A stretch of 64,000 nucleotides of DNA, taken from the NCBI GenBank assembly GCA_963708075.1, contig OY970194.1:1312001-1376000 (forward strand). Direction: 5' to 3'. The translations under genes were made by a program, and so were the position numbers. The notes under the pieces are model-generated. The model did no database searches. It was given only the letters and a program-made list of their open reading frames with translations, and was not told where the DNA came from. The stretch is from Sedimentisphaerales bacterium (GTDB taxonomy: Bacteria; Planctomycetota; Phycisphaerae; Sedimentisphaerales; Anaerobacaceae). Below, piece after piece: positions 57,270-64,000 of the stretch (position 1 is the first letter of the stretch; the number at the start of each line of letters is the position of its first letter).

Positions 57270-59207
57270 TCAACCGAGCAACTGGCGGGCCCGATCCAAA
57301 AGGGGCTTCGGATAGCCTTCCTGCTCCAGGATCCGCAGGGCTGTCTTCGTGCCGGCCGGACCCGGGCGCAGGCGGTAGTCGAACGCTATGCCGTGCTCGT
57401 GCAGATGCTCCTGGAAATGATAGTTCTCGGCGGAAGCCGTTGTTGCAGCCGCCTGGGCCAATGTCTCCTCGTGCGTTGCGATGAGGAACAGATGGCCGGA
57501 GGCCGCCAGGTGCTCGAACAAGGCGATGTCGGCGGCTGTCCTCTCCTGGGAGTTTGTGCCCCGGAAGGGCTCGTCGATCAATCCGAGGATGGGCGTGGAG
57601 TCTCCCGCATCCAGAACTATGCGGCGGAGCCGGCGGACCTCGGAAAGAAAATAGCTCTCGTGTCTAGCCAGATTGTCGCTGACCCTGACATCCGTCATCA
57701 GGCGCACGGGAGACCAGGCCATTTCCCGAGCGGGCACCGCCGCGCCGGCTTGGGCCAGCAGTGCGTTGACTCCTACCATGCGCAAGAACGTGCTCTTACC
57801 CGCAGCGTTCGGCCCCGTGATGACCCATGTCCTCTTGTCCGCGGTCAGGTGCACGTTGTTGGCCGTTGCATCCTGTTCCAGGATAAGCGGGTGCCGCCCA
57901 TCCGCAATAGTGATGCCTGTGTCGGTCCCGGGGCATGGATAGCAGGCCACCGGCTGCTCCGCAGAAACACAAGCCAGACTGCACAATGCCTCCAGTTCGG
58001 CCATGGCCGAAAGACCCTGGAGGAGCGTATCCCGATTGGGCACCACGCGAGCCAGCACGGCTTCGGCGATGTGCAGGTCCAGGAAGACCGTCACATTGAG
58101 GATGCTGCGCACCGTGCCGTGCAGGCCTGCCCACTCCAGCCACGCACAGAGCGATGGGATTCGGCCGTGCGCGACAACATCATGGAAACGCTCCTTCAGC
58201 ACGCTCAGGGCGGTCTCACTGGGCAACTCCTGCTGCGCATGCTCTGCGATTGCGAGAAAATGTCTCAGTGTGGGTGCCAGGTCGGTCCAAGGGGATACGG
58301 AGGCTCTCAGGTGGCTGAACATGCGTCCGCGGGCAAACAGAACCAGGCCGTTGAAGGCCAGAACGGCGACAAGCACCCGCACCCACTCAAAGTCACCTGC
58401 GACGATGCGGCTGACGGCGTGGATCACCAACAGGCCGCTGAATACAGACCATAGCCTGATGCCTGCAGATACAACTGATCGCGATGGGCTCTCGGTCTTG
58501 TGGAGCAGATGGACGAGCTTGTCCACGTGTCTCGATCCCGTACGCAGCAGCAGGAGGGAAGCCATCATGCGAAGCCGCTGCTCATGGTGTTCATCGAGCC
58601 AGCGGACGGCCTGTTGGCGCTGCTGGATGTGCTCACAAGATAGACACGGGCGGTCCAGCATGTCGCGCAGCCGGCGTGCCCCAAGCTCTGTCGAAGCCCG
58701 GTTCAGCAGTCCGAAAATGCCCACCGGCGGTCCATACAGATCGAGATCATCACGTTCCTGATCCGTGAGTGACCACTCAGGCCCGGATTCAAGGACCGCC
58801 GGCAAAGCTACGGATGTCCCGGCCGGGTCCTCGGGACGCTGCCAGGTGCGGACGGGATGGTCCCGCTGAGCGCTTGCATCGAGGGATTCCGTGATGATAG
58901 TCAGTGCACGCTCCGCGAACGCGCGTTTGTCCTGCCAGCCGGCATGTCGCAGCACCGCCGCAGCGAAGCCCGCAAGGCCGACGATGCCGGCGGCGATCGC
59001 AAGCGGCAGCTCATGCCGTAACAGAACCACGACGGCCGCGCCCGCCGCAAAGGCCAGCAACCGAATCCAGGACCATCGCGTCTCAAGGGCATGGTATCTG
59101 GCATGCTCCGGCTCAAGTTGCCGTCGACGGCCAGTCAGCCAGTCGCGGCAGAAAGAACCGGGAGGGGAGTCCCGGCCCACCTTTCCTCTGTCATTCTCCT
59201 GTGCCAT
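57270..59207 (-). CDS. Membrane-associated MutS-like protein (domain V ATPase)
   Basis: N-terminal TMs, DLDLYG...LLNRAST, ITGPNAAGKSTFLR, ESYFLSEV, IDEPFRGTNS, ATH. Confidence 0.85.
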   Translation of the reverse strand: MAQENDRGKVGRDSPPGSFCRDWLTGRRRQLEPEHARYHALETRWSWIRLLAFAAGAAVVVLLRHELPLAIAAGIVGLAGFAAAVLRHAGWQDKRAFAERALTIITESLDASAQRDHPVRTWQRPEDPAGTSVALPAVLESGPEWSLTDQERDDLDLYGPPVGIFGLLNRASTELGARRLRDMLDRPCLSCEHIQQRQQAVRWLDEHHEQRLRMMASLLLLRTGSRHVDKLVHLLHKTESPSRSVVSAGIRLWSVFSGLLVIHAVSRIVAGDFEWVRVLVAVLAFNGLVLFARGRMFSHLRASVSPWTDLAPTLRHFLAIAEHAQQELPSETALSVLKERFHDVVAHGRIPSLCAWLEWAGLHGTVRSILNVTVFLDLHIAEAVLARVVPNRDTLLQGLSAMAELEALCSLACVSAEQPVACYPCPGTDTGITIADGRHPLILEQDATANNVHLTADKRTWVITGPNAAGKSTFLRMVGVNALLAQAGAAVPAREMAWSPVRLMTDVRVSDNLARHESYFLSEVRRLRRIVLDAGDSTPILGLIDEPFRGTNSQERTAADIALFEHLAASGHLFLIATHEETLAQAAATTASAENYHFQEHLHEHGIAFDYRLRPGPAGTKTALRILEQEGYPKPLLDRARQLLG

Positions 59208-59362
59208 GGGACTCGTATATACACGGCCTGGAATGCTTCTGTCAATCGAGGGCATGGCGGCGAGATTGGGGGACAATGAGGAAAAGGCCATATCGACCTG
59301 GGGTTTACCGCCATGTGGAAGGCTGGACGTGGATCATGTTGACAGCTTCTTTCCGCCTGCGG

Positions 59363-59392
59363 TTGACACGCGGTTTGCCGGTGGTGTATAGT
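59363..59392 (+). promoter_or_regulatory. Sigma70-type promoter for the PMM/PGM gene
   Basis: TTGACA-18 nt-TATAGT. Confidence 0.55.
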
Positions 59393-59503
59393 ACCTTGTC
59401 TAAGGCACAAATATGATGGACAGGGTGCCATGCTCATCCGGGCAGCGGGCAGACCCGCACGAGCAAAAGCAGGCGACCCGCAGGACCAAAGGAGTGAGTT
59501 CGT

Positions 59504-60874
59504 ATGAATCCGGAGATCTTCAAGGCCTATGACATCAGGGGCGTTTACCCTGATGAGGTGAACGAAGAAGATGCGTGGAAGATTGGCTGTGCGGCGGGGC
59601 GGTATCTGCCCTCGCTGATCAAGGGCTACGAGCGGGGCAAGCCGCAGTCGCAGCAGGTGTGTGTCGGCCGGGACATGAGGACGCATAGCGAGCCGCTAGC
59701 GCAGGCCCTCACGGACGGGATCCGCTCCACGGGGACCGGCGTGATCGACATCGGGATGATCGACACGCCGCAGATGTACTTTGCCATCAATCATCTCGGG
59801 ACATGCGGAGGCATCCAGGTCACCGCCTCCCACAATCCCGCCAAGTACAACGGCTTCAAGATCTCCGGCAAGGGAGCCCTTCCTATCGGTATCGATACGG
59901 GGCTGGTCGAGATCAAGCACCTGGCGACGGCCCTGCTCCATACCAAGGGCAGGCTCACCGGCTCCCTCAAGACGCACGATCTGACCGACGCATACAGGAA
60001 GCATGTACTGCAGTTCCTCCAGAGCGATTTGAAGAAGAAGAAGGTGGCGATCGATGCCTCCAACGGCATGGCGGGCAAGATGATCCCTCTGCTCTTCGGC
60101 GATGTCCCCATCGAGATCGTGGACATCAACTTCGAGCACACGGGCAAGTTCAAGCACGACCCCGACCCGCTGAAGGATAAAAGCCTGAATCAGGTCAGAG
60201 CGACGGTCAAAAAGGATGCTTGCGATTTCGGGGTCTGCTTCGATGGTGACGCCGACCGGATGATCATGGTCGATGAGAACGGGGACACGATCAGTTGCGA
60301 TCTGCTGACGGCGTTCCTTGCGCCGTACTTCCTGCGGAAAAAGCCGAAGTCCGCCATCGTGTACGACGTGCGGAGCAGCCGCGTCGTGATGGAGGAAATC
60401 ATCAAGTATGGCGGAACGCCTCGGCGCGAGCGCGTCGGGCATGCCTATATGAAGAAGGCAATGCGCGACACGCACGCGGTCTTCGGCGGAGAACTGTCCG
60501 GCCACTTCTATTATGAGGAGAACTTCTACGCCGATTCGGCCGTGATCACGCTGGTGCACACGCTGAACGTCATCAGCGAAAAGGATAAGCCGATGAGCGA
60601 GCAGATCCAGCCGCTGAGGCGATATCACAGCAGCGGCGAGATCAACTTCCGCGTGGAGGATAAGCAGGCGAAGATGGAGGAGCTGACCCGTCGTTACGGC
60701 GATGGACAGATCGATCATCTCGACGGCGTGACCGTCGGCTTCAAGGACTGGTGGTTCAACTGCCGGCCGAGTAATACCGAGCCGCTGCTGCGCCTGAACA
60801 TCGAGGCCAAGACGAAGGAGTTGCTGGACGAGAAGTTGGCGGAGATCGAGGGCCAGCTTGGGACGCGCCAGTAG
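59504..60874 (+). CDS. Phosphomannomutase/phosphoglucomutase
   Basis: FKAYDIRG, TASHNP, FDGDADR, GELSGH, RPSNTEP. Confidence 0.95.
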   Translation: MNPEIFKAYDIRGVYPDEVNEEDAWKIGCAAGRYLPSLIKGYERGKPQSQQVCVGRDMRTHSEPLAQALTDGIRSTGTGVIDIGMIDTPQMYFAINHLGTCGGIQVTASHNPAKYNGFKISGKGALPIGIDTGLVEIKHLATALLHTKGRLTGSLKTHDLTDAYRKHVLQFLQSDLKKKKVAIDASNGMAGKMIPLLFGDVPIEIVDINFEHTGKFKHDPDPLKDKSLNQVRATVKKDACDFGVCFDGDADRMIMVDENGDTISCDLLTAFLAPYFLRKKPKSAIVYDVRSSRVVMEEIIKYGGTPRRERVGHAYMKKAMRDTHAVFGGELSGHFYYEENFYADSAVITLVHTLNVISEKDKPMSEQIQPLRRYHSSGEINFRVEDKQAKMEELTRRYGDGQIDHLDGVTVGFKDWWFNCRPSNTEPLLRLNIEAKTKELLDEKLAEIEGQLGTRQ

Positions 60875-60902
60875 CTAAACAAGAGTATATGCACAGGAAA
60901 TA

Positions 60903-61220
60903 GTGAAAGTAATGGAAACGTTCACGAAGATGTTTCTCACGAAGAATGGGCCTGTGGAAGGCATACAGACGAAATGGCCCGGGTTCAGCATCCTGGTGGT
61001 GACCGGGTCGAAGGGCTTCCTGGCATGTCCCGCGATCGATGTGGAGGCCTGCCAGCGGTACGGCGTGGCGGCCGCCCTCGTGGAGAGCACGCCGCAGAAC
61101 CCCATCGGGACGCTGGACCGGTTCCCGAATCGCAAGGTCACGAAAGTGAATGAGAAGGCCAAAGCCCTCGGCATCCACGAAGGCATGGACGCCACCGAGG
61201 CATTTACGCTGATTGCCTGA
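60903..61220 (+). CDS. YunC/DUF1805-family protein
   Basis: KGFLAC..IDV...AAA...VNEKAKALGIHEGM. Confidence 0.75.
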   Translation: MKVMETFTKMFLTKNGPVEGIQTKWPGFSILVVTGSKGFLACPAIDVEACQRYGVAAALVESTPQNPIGTLDRFPNRKVTKVNEKAKALGIHEGMDATEAFTLIA

Positions 61221-61347
61221 GGCATCAGAGGCCCGCCACGGACCATGGAGGGGACGATACGTGCGGGCATGAGGTCACTGGACCTCCCGGACGGGCTTTG
61301 GCCTTTTCCTTTGAATATGATTGTTGATGCTCTGTGAGGAACTGCTG

Positions 61348-62316
61348 ATGATGAACGATGCTCTTTCCCGCCGACGTTTCATGACGGTCTCGGCCGCCGG
61401 GCTCGGAGCCACTCTGGTGGCCCGAGGTCATGCGACTGCTGCAAATCCCCAACCCTCCGGCGAACGGGGAACGCACCCCTTCAAATACTCCCTGAATACA
61501 AGTACGATTCGCGGCCAGAAGCTGGGCCTGGAAAAGGAGATCGACGTGGCCGCCCAGGCGGGCTACCAGGCCATCGAGCTGTGGGTCAGCACGATCCAGG
61601 AGTATGTCAAGAGCGGCGGGAAACCGGCGGACGCACGGAAACGCATCGAGGATCGCGGCCTGACGTTGGAGAACGCGATTTCTTTCAGCCGCTGGATCGT
61701 CGATGACGATGCGGCGCGGGCTGAGGCCGTCGAGCAGGTCAAGCGGGAGATGGACTTGCTTGCCCAGATCGGCGGTAAGCGCATCGCTGCTCCGCCGGCC
61801 GGCGCGACGGACAAGCCGGGCCTGGACTTGCTGAAGGCGGCCGAGCGATACCGGGCGATTCTGGACCTCGGCGACAAGATGGGCATTGTGCCGATCCTGG
61901 AATTGTGGGGCGGCTCCAAGAACCTGCACCGGATCGGGCAGTGCATGTTCGTGGTGATCGAGAGTGGCCATTCGAAGGCGTGCATGCTTGGTGACGTGTA
62001 CCACATCTACAAAGGCGGGTCCGACTTCGCGGGCCTGAAAATGATCAGTCCGCAGGCGATGCCTGTCATGCACATGAATGATTACCCCGCTGAGCCGCCG
62101 CGGGAGAAGATCGGCGACCGCGATCGCGTGATGCCCGGCGACGGGATCGCTCCGCTGACGCAGATTCTCCGCGGCCTGCGCGACAACGGCAGCCGGGCGG
62201 TCCTCTCGCTGGAGTTGTTCAGCCCGGCGTACTGGGAGAAGGACCCGCTGGAAGTGGCTAAGACCGGCCTGACCAAAATGAAGTCGGCGGTAGACAAAGC
62301 GCTTAGCCCGGCGTAG
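61348..62316 (+). CDS. Sugar phosphate isomerase/epimerase (TIM barrel) with Tat signal
   Basis: SRRRF, LNTSTIR, ILELWG, DVYH, HMND, PGDG, SLELF. Confidence 0.88.
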   Translation: MMNDALSRRRFMTVSAAGLGATLVARGHATAANPQPSGERGTHPFKYSLNTSTIRGQKLGLEKEIDVAAQAGYQAIELWVSTIQEYVKSGGKPADARKRIEDRGLTLENAISFSRWIVDDDAARAEAVEQVKREMDLLAQIGGKRIAAPPAGATDKPGLDLLKAAERYRAILDLGDKMGIVPILELWGGSKNLHRIGQCMFVVIESGHSKACMLGDVYHIYKGGSDFAGLKMISPQAMPVMHMNDYPAEPPREKIGDRDRVMPGDGIAPLTQILRGLRDNGSRAVLSLELFSPAYWEKDPLEVAKTGLTKMKSAVDKALSPA

Positions 62317-62389
62317 GGTGTCCGTCGGCCCTGTGAGGGTGGAGACCGTGGGTCCATATTTATGACGGGTGCAAGTGAAGGGAGGGAAC

Positions 62390-63154
62390 ATGGCAATCCA
62401 TGTGTGCTTCACGGCCGCAGCGATCTTCCTCGGGGCCGCTATCGGTGGTGCCACGGATGTGTTGCCGCGGGACGGGACCTCGCTCATCGCCACTCATGAG
62501 GCGCTGGCCGGCGTGGAGAAGCTCAGCATCGCCCTGGCCACGCAGGAGACCCCGCAAGTGGAGAAGCTGGTCGATATTCCAAAGCTGCGGGCACAACTCG
62601 TCGCGAAACTCAAGGAGGCCGGCATCAAACCCATGGAAGGTGAAGCCGGGGCATGCCCGCGTCTGGTTGTGCAGATCGAGGGCGTGATGGTGCCGGACTG
62701 TGACAAGTGCATCTGCCGTGTGCAGACCTCAATGAACAGAGTTGTGACGTTTACCGCTCATCGGGACCTGCAGGTTGAGGCCGAGGTCTGGCGCCTGAGG
62801 CCAACAATGAAGGTGGTGGCCGGGAATGAAGCAGGCAAGATGATTACGGACGCTGTTTTCGCGCAGGTTGAGGCGTTCATCGACGCGTATGAGTCCGCCC
62901 CCATGCAGGCTCGCGTGACGGCGGCCGAGCCGAATACGCCGGGATCAGGGAGTCCCAACCCAGCGAAGTCAAGTCCGCAGAATCTCCAGGCCGTCTCGCA
63001 ATTTCCCTTTGTGGCGTCCAAGAGCGCATCCGTCTTTCACCGGCCGGACTGCCGCTGGGCCCAGAACATCTCCGGGGACAACCGCCTCGGCTACAAAACC
63101 CGGGAGGAGGCTATCCAGGCGGGCAAGCGGCCGTGCAAGTCCTGCCAGCCATAG
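62390..63154 (+). CDS. Exported protein with C-terminal Ada-like zinc-binding domain
   Basis: FVASKSASVFHRPDCRWA...EEAIQAGKRPCKSCQP. Confidence 0.8.
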   Translation: MAIHVCFTAAAIFLGAAIGGATDVLPRDGTSLIATHEALAGVEKLSIALATQETPQVEKLVDIPKLRAQLVAKLKEAGIKPMEGEAGACPRLVVQIEGVMVPDCDKCICRVQTSMNRVVTFTAHRDLQVEAEVWRLRPTMKVVAGNEAGKMITDAVFAQVEAFIDAYESAPMQARVTAAEPNTPGSGSPNPAKSSPQNLQAVSQFPFVASKSASVFHRPDCRWAQNISGDNRLGYKTREEAIQAGKRPCKSCQP

Positions 63155-63177
63155 GCCCAATCGAGAAGGATGGAAAA

Positions 63178-64000
63178 GTGACGACCAGAGAGCGTGTTCT
63201 AACCGCGTTGAGGCATCAACAGCCCGATGCTGTCCCGTACGACGTCCGATTCACGCTGCCTGCGCATGCCAGGATGATGAGGTATTACAGCGACGGACAC
63301 TTCGAGTCCAAGCTGGGTAACTGCTTCACGTGGTTGCGGCCGCACCCGCCCGAGGCTCGGTTCACCAAGGTGGCCCCCGACATCTACCAGGACGAGTTCG
63401 GCGTGCAGTGGGATCGGCATATCGACAAGGACATCGGTGTCGTCTGCAACCGCCTCGTGACGCCGGAGAATGTGACGACCTTCGAGTTCCCGGATCCCAA
63501 CGATCCTTCGCGATATGGGTCGTTCGATGGCACCATCGCGTCCCGCCCGGATACGGCCGTCCTCGTCAGCCTGGGCTTCTCGCTCTTCGAGCGGGCCTGG
63601 ACCCTGGCGGGCATGGAGAACGTCCTGATGGCCATGGCGACGGACAAGCCGTTCGTGCACACCCTGCTCGACCGCATCCTTGAATTTAACCTGGCGATCA
63701 TCGAGAACGCCTGCTCGCACGGTGTGGATATCTTTCGGTTCGGGGATGATTGGGGCCACCAGCGGGGCGTGCTGATGGGGCCGCAGTTGTGGCGCGAGTT
63801 CATCAAGCCCCGGTTCCAGCAGATGTGCCGGCTCGTCAAATCCAAGGGCAAATTCACGATGCTCCACTGTTGCGGCAAGGTCGATGAGCTCTTCCCGGAC
63901 TTTATCGAATGCGGCCTCGATATCTTCAATCCCTTCCAGCCCGAGGTGATGGACGTCTTTGAGATCAAGCGGCGGTATGGCAACGATCTGACGTTCTACG
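63178..64000 (+). CDS. Uroporphyrinogen decarboxylase-family protein (runs off the window end)
   Basis: MTTRERVLTALRHQQPDAVP, DEFGVQW, LFERAW, GDDWG, LHCCG, NPFQPE. Confidence 0.88.
   Translation, partial: MTTRERVLTALRHQQPDAVPYDVRFTLPAHARMMRYYSDGHFESKLGNCFTWLRPHPPEARFTKVAPDIYQDEFGVQWDRHIDKDIGVVCNRLVTPENVTTFEFPDPNDPSRYGSFDGTIASRPDTAVLVSLGFSLFERAWTLAGMENVLMAMATDKPFVHTLLDRILEFNLAIIENACSHGVDIFRFGDDWGHQRGVLMGPQLWREFIKPRFQQMCRLVKSKGKFTMLHCCGKVDELFPDFIECGLDIFNPFQPEVMDVFEIKRRYGNDLTFY

Noticed and set aside
1637..63983. Numerous long antisense or alternate-frame ORFs (e.g. 3850-5133, 9675-11177, 27235-28575, 57258-58454, 61225-62493)
   Set aside because: These are shadow ORFs expected in high-GC DNA opposite well-supported genes; they show no motifs.
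1..64000. tRNA, rRNA, riboswitches, prophage or IS transposase genes
   Set aside because: None was recognisable by eye; a covariance-model scan would be needed to exclude small RNAs.

Overview
GC-rich bacterial chromosomal window. The gene content (PQQ-propeller/methyltransferase hybrids, sulfatase, an IPAPGA-type PEP-CTERM tail, a UroD-like protein) suggests Planctomycetota, probably Phycisphaerae; this is an inference. There are about 55 credible CDSs, mostly housekeeping, envelope or transport genes, plus two toxin-antitoxin pairs and two different MutS-family proteins. No rRNA, tRNA, cas gene, integrase or transposase was recognised. The most unusual part is 20.3-26.5 kb. (i) A non-coding array has 11 co-oriented copies of a short TTGGCTTTGTT(T)-type repeat at about 80-90 bp period. 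Its spacers fall into recurring classes in a 5-unit higher-order pattern, and it lies just downstream of a PLD-nuclease / RNase H-like exonuclease / panE run. (ii) A dense cluster of GTAG-REP and other palindromic elements follows. (iii) Three AT-richer, cassette-like genes are bracketed by GGGG(A/T)CA motifs. Seven genes carry single-base indels in short C/G runs, more likely sequencing or assembly error than decay. One ABC-2 permease looks like a real fused pseudogene.
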